Of a DNA stretch of 64,000 nucleotides, positions 47,302 through 58,491 are shown piece by piece. The position numbers were made by a program, and so were the translations under genes. This stretch comes from an uncultured Chloroflexia bacterium (GTDB lineage Bacteria; Chloroflexota; Limnocylindria; Limnocylindrales; CSP1-4), in contig CAWEZH010000002.1 in the NCBI GenBank assembly GCA_963813535.1, forward strand, positions 1,792,001 through 1,856,000. The letters run 5' to 3'. A model generated the notes under the pieces. That model did no database searches, had not been told where the DNA came from, and was given only the letters and a program-made list of their open reading frames with translations. The first letter of the stretch is position 1, and every line of letters begins with the position of its first letter.

Positions 47302-47471
47302 CGGTGGCGTCTCCTTCGCTCGGGGTCGGGTCGGTGCAGTATCGGGCACCCGGAGGTATCGCGCGATCGACACCGTGGGGCTTGTCCACGCGGTAGACTT
47401 CGCGCCGACCCCATGCGTCCTCCGCGGCTCCCCCACGTCCGCGGATCCGTCATCTCGAACAGGTGGTGCCC

Positions 47472-48620
47472 ATGAAGGTCGGTGTCGCCAAGGAGACCGC
47501 GCCCGGAGAACGGCGCGTCGCCCTGGTACCCGAAGCGCTCGGTCGGCTGCAGTCGGCCGGGCTCGAGATCGTCGTCGAGGCCGGCGCCGGCGCCGGCGCC
47601 GCGATCCCCGACAGTGCCTACGCCGAGGCCGGCGCGACGATCGTCCCGACGGACGCGTTCTACCAGCAGGCGGATGTGGTCCTGCGGGTCGCCAAGCCGA
47701 CGGCCGAGGAGACGGGCAGGCTGCGCTCGGGGCAGGCGGTCCTCGGGCTGCTGGCCCCGCTCATCGATCCAGCGCTTGCGAAGGACCTCGCCGCGAAGGG
47801 CGTCACCGCCATCAGCCTCGACGCGATCCCGCGGACGCTCTCTCGGGCACAGTCGATGGACGCACTCAGCAGCCAGGCGAACGTCGGCGGCTACAAGGCC
47901 GTCCTCCTCGCCGCGAACGCGTACGGTCGCTACTTCCCGTTGCTGACCACGGCCGCGGGCACCGCCAAGCCCGCCAACGTGCTCATCCTCGGCATCGGCG
48001 TCGCGGGGCTCCAGGCCATCGGCACCGCCAGGCGTCTGGGCGCGGTGGTCAAGGCGTACGACGTCCGGCCGGAGACCCGCGAGCAGGCCGAGAGCCTCGG
48101 TGCCCAGTTCGTCAAGCTCAAGACCACGATCGACGCGACCGGTGCCGGCGGCTATGCGCGCGAGCTGACGGCCGAGGAGCGGGCAGCTCAGCAGGCTGAG
48201 CTCAACGAGGTCATCGGTGGCATGGACGTGGTGATCACGACCGCCCAGGTGCCGGGTCGCAAGCCGCCGCTCCTGGTGACCGCCGAGGCCGTCGGACAGA
48301 TGAAGCCTGGCTCGGTGATCGTCGACATGGCGGCGAGCGCGCTGGGCGGGAACTGCGAGCTGTCGAAGGCCGGCGAGACGGTCGTGACCCCGGATGGGGT
48401 GACGATCATCGCGCCGGAGAACCTGCCGGCATCGATGCCGGCAGGTGCCTCAGCGTTCTACGCCCGCAACATCTCGGCACTCCTCCTCGGCATGGTCAAG
48501 GACGGCGCGCTCCACCTCGACTTCGAGGACGAGGTGACGCAGGCCACGGTCATCACCAAGGACGGCCAGGTCGTGTCCGAGGCCGTCAAGAAGCTGCTCG
48601 AGCCCGGAGGCCAGGCATGA
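47472..48620 (+). CDS. pntA: NAD(P) transhydrogenase alpha subunit, domain I
   Basis: GERRVALVP, RAQSMDALSSQ, GIGVAGL, GGYA, GGNCE. Confidence 0.95.
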   Translation: MKVGVAKETAPGERRVALVPEALGRLQSAGLEIVVEAGAGAGAAIPDSAYAEAGATIVPTDAFYQQADVVLRVAKPTAEETGRLRSGQAVLGLLAPLIDPALAKDLAAKGVTAISLDAIPRTLSRAQSMDALSSQANVGGYKAVLLAANAYGRYFPLLTTAAGTAKPANVLILGIGVAGLQAIGTARRLGAVVKAYDVRPETREQAESLGAQFVKLKTTIDATGAGGYARELTAEERAAQQAELNEVIGGMDVVITTAQVPGRKPPLLVTAEAVGQMKPGSVIVDMAASALGGNCELSKAGETVVTPDGVTIIAPENLPASMPAGASAFYARNISALLLGMVKDGALHLDFEDEVTQATVITKDGQVVSEAVKKLLEPGGQA

Positions 48621-48949
48621 CCCCCGAAGAGGTTGACGCGCTGCTCACAGCGCTGACGATCTTCACCCTCGCGATCCTCGTCGGGTTCGCGGTGATCAGC
48701 AAGGTGCCCGCCACGCTGCACACGCCGCTGATGTCGGGGGCCAACTCGATCCACGGCATCGTGCTGGTCGGCGCGATGCTCATCGCGGCGACCGCGAGCG
48801 GCGGTCTGAGCCAGCTGCTGTCGCTGATCGCGGTGGCGTTCGCGACGATGAACGTGGTTGGCGGCTACGTCGTCACCGACCGCATGCTCCAGATGTTCAG
48901 GAAGAAGCCGGTCGCTCCGAAGCCGGCCGCCGACGAGGCGGAGGCCTAG
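48617..48949 (+). CDS. pntA: NAD(P) transhydrogenase alpha subunit, membrane part (alpha2)
   Basis: KVPATLHTPLMSGANSIHG, NVVGGY.VTDRML. Confidence 0.93.
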   Translation: MTPEEVDALLTALTIFTLAILVGFAVISKVPATLHTPLMSGANSIHGIVLVGAMLIAATASGGLSQLLSLIAVAFATMNVVGGYVVTDRMLQMFRKKPVAPKPAADEAEA

Positions 48950-48950
48950 C

Positions 48951-50390
48951 GTGACCACGCTCGACATCATCGAGATCCTCGTCCGGATCGCCTGGCTGGC
49001 AGGCGCCGTGGCGTTCGTCATCGGGCTGGCCCGGATGAACTCCCCCGCGACGGCCCGGAACGGCAACCTCGTGTCGGCCGGCGGCATGGTCCTGGCCATC
49101 AGCGCGACTGCCGTGCTGATCCTCGCCCGCCAGCTGCTCGCACCGGAGAGCTTCGGCATCCGGGTCTCGAGCTGGGCGATCATCATCGGCGGGATCATCA
49201 TCGGCGGTGGGCTGGGCCTCTACGCCGCACGGGTCGTGAAGATGACCGCGATGCCGCAGCTCGTGTCGCTGTTCAACGCGGTCGGCGGCGGCGCCGCGGC
49301 GCTCATCGCGATCGACGACTACCTGGGTCTGCTCGATGTCGCCCACATCCGGATCGATGAGCACATCTTCATCGTCCTCGACATCATCATCGGCTCGATC
49401 ACCTTCACCGGGTCGCTGATCGCGTCCGGCAAGCTGCAGGGCCTCGTCCCCGGCAGGCCGATCCTGATCCCCGGCGGCCGCATCGTGACGCTGGCGCTCG
49501 CCGGCGTGACCGTCGTGGCAGCGGCCGTGCTGTTCGCGACCGGCGTCCCCAGCCTCGCGCTGATCCTCCTGATCCTCGCCGCGGCGCTGATCTTCGGCGT
49601 GACGATGACGCTGCCGATCGGTGGCGCCGACATGCCGGTCGTCATCAGCCTGCTGAACTCGTTCACGGGTACAGCCGTCGCGATGGCCGGCTTCGTGATC
49701 GACAACCCGGTGCTGATCATCGCGGGTGCGCTGGTCGGTGCGTCGGGCGCGATCCTGACGAAGCTGATGGCCGACGCCATGAACCGGTCGGTCATCAACA
49801 TCATGATCGGCGGCTTCGGTGGCGGCGACGAGGCCGCGACGGCCGGCGCCGAGGCAGGCGGGTCGGTGCGGTCCATCAGTCCGGACGACGTCGCGATCCA
49901 GCTCGCCTACGCCCAGCACGTCATCGTCGTGCCGGGCTACGGCCTGGCGGTCGCGCAGGCGCAGCACGCCGTCCGTGAGCTCGCCGAATTGCTCGAGGAT
50001 CGTGGCGTCGACGTGAAGTACGCGATCCATCCCGTCGCCGGGCGAATGCCCGGCCACATGAACGTGCTGCTCGCCGAGGCGAACGTGCCCTATCCGCAGC
50101 TCAAGGAGATGGACGACATCAACCCGGAGTTCGAGCGGGCGGACGTGGCGCTGGTCATCGGGGCGAACGATGTCACCAACCCGGCCGCCCGGCGACCCGG
50201 GTCACCCGTGTCCGGCATGCCGATCCTCGACGTCGACAAGGCGAAGTCCATCGTCGTGATCAAGCGATCGATGGGTAAGGGCTACGCCGGCATCGACAAC
50301 GAGCTGTACACGAACGACAAGACCGGGATGCTCTTCGCCGACGCGAAGGAGGGGCTGGCGGCGTTGACCGCGGCGGTCAAGGCGCTCTAG
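48951..50390 (+). CDS. pntB: NAD(P) transhydrogenase beta subunit
   Basis: MTAMPQLV, IGGADMPVVISLLNS, PGYGLAVAQAQH, HPVAGRMPGHMNV, GANDV. Confidence 0.95.
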   Translation: MTTLDIIEILVRIAWLAGAVAFVIGLARMNSPATARNGNLVSAGGMVLAISATAVLILARQLLAPESFGIRVSSWAIIIGGIIIGGGLGLYAARVVKMTAMPQLVSLFNAVGGGAAALIAIDDYLGLLDVAHIRIDEHIFIVLDIIIGSITFTGSLIASGKLQGLVPGRPILIPGGRIVTLALAGVTVVAAAVLFATGVPSLALILLILAAALIFGVTMTLPIGGADMPVVISLLNSFTGTAVAMAGFVIDNPVLIIAGALVGASGAILTKLMADAMNRSVINIMIGGFGGGDEAATAGAEAGGSVRSISPDDVAIQLAYAQHVIVVPGYGLAVAQAQHAVRELAELLEDRGVDVKYAIHPVAGRMPGHMNVLLAEANVPYPQLKEMDDINPEFERADVALVIGANDVTNPAARRPGSPVSGMPILDVDKAKSIVVIKRSMGKGYAGIDNELYTNDKTGMLFADAKEGLAALTAAVKAL

Positions 50391-50667
50391 CGACGGCATC
50401 GTTCCGGTGCGCCGTCGCACCGAGGGGGAGGCCATCTCGAGAGTCGCCTCCGGCGTGATCCGCCGTTCGGACGGGGTCGGATCGGCCGGGCGATGACGCC
50501 CCCGCAGCCCGTGTCGGTACTGGCCCGGGCAGGACCATCGTGCTATCCGCTCTCGACGATTGTGCAATGTCGCCTGCAAGGACTCGCGAAGTAGGCTCGG
50601 CCACGGGTCGACTCGATGTCGCCCACCACGCGATATCGACCGATCTTCGTCGGGAGTCCCCACTTCG

Positions 50668-51279
50668 ATGCCAACGCTCCGTCTTCCCCGCATACCGCGA
50701 CGTCGCCGTCGAGCCGAGGGCCAGACCCTCGTCGAGTTCGCGTTGGTCTTTCCGATCTTCGTCACGCTGGTCATGGGCCTCATCGAGTTCTCGTTCGTCT
50801 TCAACGCGATGCTGTCGGTCAACTACGCCGCGCGCGATGCGGCGCTGGCGGCGGCCGAGGCCGGTGACACGCTCGGCGCGGACTGCGTGGTCCTGTCGGC
50901 GATCGAGAGCGCCATCGGCGCCCCGACTGCCGACAATCGGATCCAGCTCGTCGAGATCTACGAGACCACGCCGAACGGGGTCATGTTCGGGAGCCCGACG
51001 ACCTACACGCGCACCGGCTCGCAGCTGTGCACCTTCGTCGACGGCTCCACCTCGACCGTCCCATACACCCGGACGGGGAACGGCTACCCCGAAGCGAACC
51101 GCTGCAACATCCTTGGCGGTTGCGACGTCAGCAACCCCAACGACACGGTCGACAACATCGGCGTCCGCATCACCTATAGACACTCCTGGGTGACGCCGCT
51201 CCGCAACTTCGTGGGTGGCGGCAGCGGCGGACTGACCTTCGACCGCTCGAGCATCATGCGCATGGAGCCGGTCCTGTGA
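50668..51279 (+). CDS. TadE/TadF-like pseudopilin
   Basis: RRRRRAEG|QTLVEFALVFP prepilin site with E+5; AARDAA. Confidence 0.85.
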   Translation: MPTLRLPRIPRRRRRAEGQTLVEFALVFPIFVTLVMGLIEFSFVFNAMLSVNYAARDAALAAAEAGDTLGADCVVLSAIESAIGAPTADNRIQLVEIYETTPNGVMFGSPTTYTRTGSQLCTFVDGSTSTVPYTRTGNGYPEANRCNILGGCDVSNPNDTVDNIGVRITYRHSWVTPLRNFVGGGSGGLTFDRSSIMRMEPVL

Positions 51280-51926
51280 GCGCCCTGCGGATGCGTCGGC
51301 GCACGACGGCGGGCCACGAGCGAGAACGAGGCCAGGGCCTGGTCGAGTTCGCGATGCTCGTGCCGGTCTTCCTGCTGATCCTCGTCGGCATGCTCGAATT
51401 CGGGTTCATCTTCGACCACACGATGACGATCAGTTACGCCACCCGCGAGGGTGCGCGCAGCGGCTCGGCCTTCGCGTCGGGCAACACGACGACGATGATC
51501 TGCAACCCGGCGGATGGGGGCCTCGACGTCGACAAGAACATCGTCGCCGCCGTGCAGCGGGTACTCGAGGCGCCTGGATCGCAGGTCGTGCTGAGTCGCG
51601 TCCAGGAGATCCGGATCTACAAGGCCACAGCGAGCGGCACCCAGAGCGGCGGCTCGGCCAACGTCTGGACCTACTCCGCGGGCAGCGGCCCGGTCGTCGA
51701 CGGCCAGCCGCTCGACTTCACCCGTTCGACGTCCAACTGGAATGCCTGCTCGCGCGTGAACTTCTGGGCCGGTGGCGTGGCGCCCGACTCGCTCGGCGTG
51801 AGCGTCACCTATTCCTACCAGTACATCACGCCCTTGCGAGCGATCCTGCAATTCTTCGGGCCGAACGGTACGCCGACCCTGCCGATCACGGACCGGTCGG
51901 TGATGGCCCTCAACCCGACGGACTGA
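51276..51926 (+). CDS. TadE/TadF-like pseudopilin
   Basis: RERG|QGLVEFAMLVP; ATREGAR. Confidence 0.88.
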   Translation: MSALRMRRRTTAGHERERGQGLVEFAMLVPVFLLILVGMLEFGFIFDHTMTISYATREGARSGSAFASGNTTTMICNPADGGLDVDKNIVAAVQRVLEAPGSQVVLSRVQEIRIYKATASGTQSGGSANVWTYSAGSGPVVDGQPLDFTRSTSNWNACSRVNFWAGGVAPDSLGVSVTYSYQYITPLRAILQFFGPNGTPTLPITDRSVMALNPTD

Positions 51927-51936
51927 CCGCAGCGCG

Positions 51937-54197
51937 ATGACCGACATCGAGTTGACCCTCGATCCGGCGCGCATGACCGACAGACAGCACGGGCGACGCG
52001 GCCAGGTCGCCGTCATCTTCGCCGGCGCGATGCTGCTCTTCGTGCTGCTCGCCGCCACGGTCATCGACCTGTCCTGGTACTGGACCAACAACCTGCGCAT
52101 CCAGCGTGCCGCGGATGCCGCCGCGCTCGCCGGCGTCGTGTTCCTCCCCGGCGACACGACGAACGCGTACGCGGCGGCCCGTGTCGAATCGGCCAAGAAC
52201 GGCTACACGCATGGCGTCGGTGGCTTCGTCGTGACGCCCCTGCAGGATCCCGCCAACGAGCGCCGCCTGCTGGTCACCATCAGCGGACCCGTCAACACGT
52301 TCTTCGCACGCGCGGTCGGCATCTCGACGTGGCCGGCGCAACGAACCGCCAAGGCCGACTTCGTGCTGCCCGTCCCGATGGGCAGCCCCGAGAACTACTA
52401 CGGCGTCGGCTACCTGATCGAGCCGGTCACCACGACCACCACGACCACCACGAACGGCACCGGGAACTCGGGGCAGCAGCATCCGGGCTCGTCACCCGCC
52501 GGCACGTGGCTCTCGAGCAGCGGAACGATCGTCAGCGCCGTCAGTTCGGCCAGCGGCGACACGAACCATGCCTACACGACGACGGCAGGGGCGACCCAGC
52601 AGTTCGGCACTCTGAACCTCCTGAGCGGCCTTGCCGCGAACCAGAACATCACCGCCGTCACGGGCATCCAGGTCTTCCTCAACGACACGCGGATGTCGGC
52701 GACCTGCAACAACAGCCGGGTCCGAGTCCACCTGTCATGGGACGGCGGGCGTGAACTGGACGACGGCCACGACCGAGACGCCCAATCTCGGCACGAACAC
52801 CACCAGCGGCGACTACACGCTCGGAAGCCAGACGAGCCTGACTGCGTGGACTCGCGCCGGGACATGGGTGGAGTCCGACCTGGCCAATGGCAACTTCGTC
52901 GTCCGCCTGACGTCGATGGAGGGCGCCAGCTGCGCCAGCACGATCGAGATGCGGGTCGACGAGGTCATGGTCCGCGTCTACTACAACCTCCAGACGGTCA
53001 CGACGACGACCACGACGACCCTGCAGCAGACGAACGTCACCGGGCCGGGAGGGCCAGGCGCTGACCCCACAGAAGTTCTGGGGCGCCATGCAGAGCCAGG
53101 GCGCACCGAGCATCCAGGGCGATGCGTACATGACCAAGTACGAGACCCGGAAATCTGTCGGGAACGGCCTGAACTCGACCAATCCGGACGCAAACTACGC
53201 CTGGCAGGACTTCTACAACTACGCGGTCGAGATCCCCGCCGGTTCGTCGAATGGCGCGATCTATGTCTACGACGCCGGGTTCTGCGATGGGACGACAGCG
53301 GCCGGCACCGGCGAGAACTGGACCGTCGGCGCACCGAACGGCAACGGGACCCGCCAGCCCGTGAGCGCCTATTTCGATGTGTACGACACGCAGCAGACCC
53401 TGGTCAACAGCCAGGACGACACGTTCATCAGCGGCAGCGGGACGGGCTACCGACGGTTGTCGTATCAGGACCACACGATCTATGGCCTGCTCGGCCAGAC
53501 GCCGACGTCCGGGATCGGAGATTGCGATGGGCAGGGCTGGCACCTGGGCTGGACCCAGATCGCCAGCGGCCTGACAGCCGGCACGTACCGGATCCACTCG
53601 TACTCCACGGATGCGACCGCCCTCAGCGATCAGGACGACTCGACCGGGCTCAATGCGTTCGCCTTCTACGCCAACGCGACCGGCGGCACGCCGCGCATCT
53701 ATGGCCTCGGCGCGATGGAGGCGTACATCCGTCTGCCGGGCGGTCAGGCGTCCGAGTTCTATCTCGCCCAGATCGATGCCGTCCACGCTGGCAAGACCAT
53801 GGTCATCAACCTGTGGGACCCGGGCGACACCGGCGCGCTGTCGGCCAGCCTGGAGATCCTCCAGCCGACCGGCTCCGGTTTCGCGCCCGCCACATTCGAC
53901 TACCAGGGCACCCTCGGCACCGGCGCGAGCGGATCCGGCTGCGGATCGCTCTCCGGGAACAACGTCACCGCCGTCACCACCAATACCGGTGGTTCGAGCC
54001 TGTACAACGGTTGCTGGCTGACGATCGAGATCCCCCTGCCGACGACGTACAGCGCACCGACCGACCCGGTGTCCGGCGAGGACGGCTGGTGGAAGATCCG
54101 CTACACGATGGGCGGTAGCACGAGCTCCTTCAGCACCGACCTGACCACATGGCAGGTCAACATCCGCGGCAACCCGGTCCACCTCGTCCTGCCGTAA
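51937..54197 (+). CDS. TadG-like pilus-tip adhesin, paralog 1 (+1 G insertions near 52749 and 53052)
   Basis: RRG|QVAVIF, QRAADAAALAG; long Ser/Thr/Gly/Asn-rich extracellular body; ends GNPVHLVLP. Confidence 0.82.
51997..52411 (+). repeat. 415-bp direct repeat, copy 1 (TadG N-terminus)
   Basis: Colinear and near-identical to 54413-54827, with no indels. Confidence 0.9.
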
Positions 54198-54352
54198 CAC
54201 GTCGCGGCACCAGAGTCCCCGCCCGCATCCGGAAGTCCGGGGACCGACCGGGACCATCGACTGCCCCGGCGAGCGGTTTCGTAAGGGACCCTGCAAGGCA
54301 CGTCACCGATGCTCGAACCCTATTGCCGGACTGTCACCCGGAGCCGCCTCGA

Positions 54353-56519
54353 ATAAATCAGCCCGATCCGATCCATACCGACTCGCCGGCCACGGCGACC
54401 GCTCGCCGCGATCGCGGCCAGGTCGCCGTGATCTTCGCCGGCGCGATGCTGTTGTTCGTCCTGCTCGCCGCCACGGTCGTGGACCTGTCGTGGTACTGGA
54501 CGAACAACCTGCGCATGCAGCGCGCGGCCGATGCCGCCGCTCTCGCCGGCGTCGTCTTCCTGCCGAGCGCCGTGCCGTCGGCGGTCACGACCGCCCGTGC
54601 CGAGGCCGCCAAGAACGGCTACACGCACGGGGTCGGCGGCGTCGTCGTCACGCCCGTCCAGGATCCTGCCAACGATCGGCGTCTGCTCGTGACGATCAGC
54701 GGCCCCGTCAACACGTTCTTCGCGCGCGCTGTCGGCATCTCGACGTGGCCGGCCCAGCGCACCGCCAAGGCCGATTACGTCCTCCCGGTCCCGATGGGCA
54801 GCCCCCAGAACTACTACGGCGTCGGCTTCTATCAGCGCCGACAGGCCACGACCAACCTGGTCCCCGCCAACACCGACTGGAACCCGACCGCACAATCCGT
54901 AGCAGGCGGCCTGTGGACCAATCCGGATCAGGCGTTCACCAACGACAACCTGTTCACCACCGAGGACACGAACAACCAGACCCAGATCTGGGGGAACTTC
55001 AACCTCCAGGCCGAGATCCCGACAGACGCGACCCTCGTCATCGACGGCCTCGAGGTGCGGCTGCAGGACGTCCGCCACACCGGCAGCGGGACATCGACGA
55101 ACTGTCGTGTGCAGGTCGCCGTTCGCAAGACGTCGAGCGGGACGTGGTCGGCGAACGTGCCCACGCCCGCGCTCACCACGGCCGACACGGACCCCGTCCA
55201 GGGCAGCAACGCGAGACCTGTCCATGTGGACACCGCATACGACCTGGACTCGCAATGACTTCGCCAATGGATCGTTCCAGGTCCGACTGACGTGGACCGA
55301 CGGCACCGCGTCGTGTGCGGCCACACGCGCCGTCCAGCTCGATCAGCTCGAGGTCCGCGTCCAGTACCACACCACGACGACGACCTTCTCGGACGTGACC
55401 TCCTCGGTGAACGACCCGGCGACCGGGACGGCTCTCGCCTCCCAGGGCTTCTGGGGCGCGGTGTTCACCTCGGGCGGCATCCGCGAGAACGGCGATCGCC
55501 ACGCGCCGTCGTTCCTCGGCAACGGGACCGGCTTGCCCGCCGGAAGCGCCAACCCGGACTACGACGCCGGAGGCTATGACTACCTGATCGAGCTGCCCGG
55601 CGGCTCCGGCCAGGTCCGCGTCTTCGACCCGATCTTCTGCGCGACGGGTCCGAACCCGACCGGCGGCTCGTATGGCGCGGGCGATCACTGGACGGGGACC
55701 CCGTCCGGTCAGGTCGACGCACCGGTGTCGGTCCGGTTCCAGCTCTACAACACCAACGGCACGCTGGCCAACGAGAGCGACGACGGTGCGCCTGTCGGCA
55801 CGATCTCGTACGACCCCGGGAGCGCCACGCTCGGCGACTTCAGTGGGAACTTCGGGACGCCGAGCAACCAGGGCGACGCCAACGCGCAGGACTGCTCGGC
55901 GAACGCTGCCCACAACCAGTGGGTGTCGATGAGCGGCAGCGCTCTGCCCGCCGGTGTCTATCGCCTGAACGTCAACACCTCCTTCGACGCGGACAACTTG
56001 AACGTCGGCGCCGAGAACCTCTTCTCGATCTGGTCCAGCTCGGCCGGGTCGTCGCGGGTCTATGGCAGCGGTCGGATGGCCGCCTATACGAACCTCGACG
56101 GCGGTCTGCAGGCGTTCTACTTCTCGCAGATCGAGTCGGTCCACGCCGGCAAGCAGATGGTGATCGAGCTGTTCGACCCGGGCGAGGTCAGCGGCAACGG
56201 CTTCCTGCGGTTCCAGAACCCCGATGGCAACGTCTACAACTACGCCACGTTCGACTGGGTCTCCGACGACGGTCGCTCGGGCAACAACGTCACGCAGATC
56301 CAGACGTCCATCAACGGGGCCGCGCAGTTCAACAACCGGCTCCTGACGATCACCGTCGACCTGCCCACGACCTACGGCAGCACCGGGCTCAACCCACCGG
56401 GCGACATCACGAACGAGCAAGGCTGGTGGCGCGTGGAATACAACGTCACCGGCGGTAACGACACGACCACCTGGGCAGTCAGCATCCGCGGCAACCCAGT
56501 CCACCTCGTGCTCCCGTAG
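54353..56519 (+). CDS. TadG-like pilus-tip adhesin, paralog 2 (start uncertain: ATA 54353 or TTG 54323; +1 insertion near 55214)
   Basis: RDRG|QVAVIF, QRAADAAALAG; ends GNPVHLVLP. Confidence 0.8.
54413..54827 (+). repeat. 415-bp direct repeat, copy 2 (TadG N-terminus)
   Basis: Colinear and near-identical to 51997-52411. Confidence 0.9.
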
Positions 56520-56606
56520 CGCACATCGAACCTACGGGGAAACGACCGCCGGGCGACGAGCCCGGCGGTCGTGATTCGGGGCCACCGGTCCGAAATGCCC
56601 CGAGGT

Positions 56607-57752
56607 CTAGGCGGACGGCACGACCGCGGCCGTCCGCGGCACGACGGTGATGTCGGACATCTCAAGCGGCGCCAGCGAGCCGAGGGACTCCGCCACGACG
56701 ACCGCGTCGTCGTTCGGCTCGAGCACGAACCCGGTCTCGGGATTGACGAACGCGTGCCCGCCGCGGTTGATCGACAGCAGGGTCGCACGGTGGTCCGTGC
56801 GGAGGCGAGCTGCCACCTCGTCGATCGACAGGCCGATGTAGGCCTCGGGCAACGTGATGCGGTAGAGCTCCGAACCCTCGCCTCCCGAGACGATGTCGGT
56901 GACGATGGCGCTCAGGCCCGGGTAGAGCGCCGAGCGTGCGAGCAGGTGCGAGGCGATCTTCGACGTGACGAGCAGCTCGTCGACGTTGGCACGTCGGAAA
57001 TGCGGTTCATGCCTGGGGTTGTTGACCTCGGCGACCGTCCGCACGCCCGGCGCGGCATGCTCGATCGCGAGGATCGTGAGGATCGAATGCATGTCCGCCT
57101 CGTCGGACGAATCACGCGGGAATATCAGCGCAGAGGTGGCCTCCTCGATGCCGGCGCGCGTGAGGTCCTCCTCGTTCGTGGCATCCCCGCGGACGAAGTA
57201 CACGCCGTCGCCGGCGGGGTTCTTGTCGACGTCGGCGATGACCACCACCTTCGCTGTGTAGTCGTCGCCGCGGAGCTCGCCGATCAAGTCGCGGGCCGTC
57301 GTATTCCAACCACACACGACGATGTGGTCCTTGTATCCGGAAGCACCCAACCCCTGGCCCTCCTTGAGCAGGAAATCGATGACCATCGCGACGAGTGCGC
57401 CCGTGATCATGCCCAGCATGGCGACGCCGAACAGGATCAGGAACCAGCCGATCAGCCGGCCGGCGGGCGAGGTGACGTAGGACGAGTCGCCCTGACCGAG
57501 GACCGTCGCGATCCCCCAGTTGAACGAGTCGAAGACCGACTCGAACGTCCATGACTTCTCGAACAACGTGATGAGCACGGCGGCCGCCAGGACGAACCCG
57601 ATGATGCCCTGGGCGAGCGACATGAAGAACCGCCGGTCGAGCTGACCGCGCATCCGGCCCAGGTGCCACAGGACGCGCCGGATGACCGGTGCGTCGAAGA
57701 ACGGCAGCGAGCGCGGCAGACGGGGTCGCCTCACCGGCCGATCGTGCCACAT
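56607..57752 (-). CDS. 2-TM ion channel with RCK (TrkA-N/TrkA-C) domains; start uncertain
   Basis: TM-pore-TM (FNWGIATVLGQGD...TSPAGR); HIVVCGWN, RGDAT, RAGIEEA. Confidence 0.85.
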   Translation of the reverse strand: MWHDRPVRRPRLPRSLPFFDAPVIRRVLWHLGRMRGQLDRRFFMSLAQGIIGFVLAAAVLITLFEKSWTFESVFDSFNWGIATVLGQGDSSYVTSPAGRLIGWFLILFGVAMLGMITGALVAMVIDFLLKEGQGLGASGYKDHIVVCGWNTTARDLIGELRGDDYTAKVVVIADVDKNPAGDGVYFVRGDATNEEDLTRAGIEEATSALIFPRDSSDEADMHSILTILAIEHAAPGVRTVAEVNNPRHEPHFRRANVDELLVTSKIASHLLARSALYPGLSAIVTDIVSGGEGSELYRITLPEAYIGLSIDEVAARLRTDHRATLLSINRGGHAFVNPETGFVLEPNDDAVVVAESLGSLAPLEMSDITVVPRTAAVVPSA

Positions 57753-57804
57753 GGGGGCATCCGGTCGCCAGCCTCGATCGCGGCGTCGCCCCGTCGGTGC
57801 GCCG

Positions 57805-58479
57805 TCAGCCGATCGTCGCGGTGCTCTCGTCGATCGTCACGCCCTCGATCCCGGCGACGGTCGCGGCCACCTCCGCGGCCGTGGCGATATCGCGGGCACG
57901 GAGCTGGAGGTCGGCCGACAAACGACCACCCTGCGTGGCGGTGGTCGTCAGGTGCGACAGGGTCCCGCCACTTGACGTGATGGCCGACTCGACCCGAGCG
58001 AACGCCTTGGGATCGTCGAGGTGGAGTCGCATCCGGACGACGTGCGGATCCCGGCCGATGACCCGCTCCGTCACCACCCGCAGTGGCCACAACGACACGA
58101 TCGCGATGGCTGTGATCGTCGCTGCCACGACCCACAGCCCAGCACCGGAGGCCATCCCGACCGCGGCGACCGACCAGAGGCTGGCGGCTGTCGTCAGGCC
58201 GCGGATCGTGGCGCCTTCCTTGAGGATCGCGCCGGCCCCGAGGAAGCCGATACCCGAGACGATCTGCGCCGCGATGCGCGTCGGATCGGCACCGGGTCCC
58301 TGGGCCATGGCGATCGACAGGACCGTGAACCCGGCCGACCCGAGCGACACGAGCAGATGCGTGCGCATGCCGGCGGGATGGTCATGGAGCTCGCGCTCCA
58401 GGCCGACCAGGGCACCCAGGAATGCCGCGAGCAGCAGACGCGCTGCGTACCCGGAATCGGCGCCGAGGTCGACGAACAT
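57805..58479 (-). CDS. mgtC: MgtC/SapB family protein
   Basis: GLERE, AGMRTH, DPTRIAAQIVSGIGFLGAG, GLTTAASLW. Confidence 0.9.
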   Translation of the reverse strand: MFVDLGADSGYAARLLLAAFLGALVGLERELHDHPAGMRTHLLVSLGSAGFTVLSIAMAQGPGADPTRIAAQIVSGIGFLGAGAILKEGATIRGLTTAASLWSVAAVGMASGAGLWVVAATITAIAIVSLWPLRVVTERVIGRDPHVVRMRLHLDDPKAFARVESAITSSGGTLSHLTTTATQGGRLSADLQLRARDIATAAEVAATVAGIEGVTIDESTATIG

Positions 58480-58491
58480 GGGACCGACAGT

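Noticed and set aside
52430-52452. ACC/ACG Thr-codon run as a phase-variable SSR
   Set aside because: Mixed codons with 3-nt period encode a Thr linker; slippage would not shift the frame
52740-53060. Programmed frameshifting or phase variation in tadG
   Set aside because: Runs are only 3 G long, with no slippery heptamer; same +1 pattern as in housekeeping genes across the window
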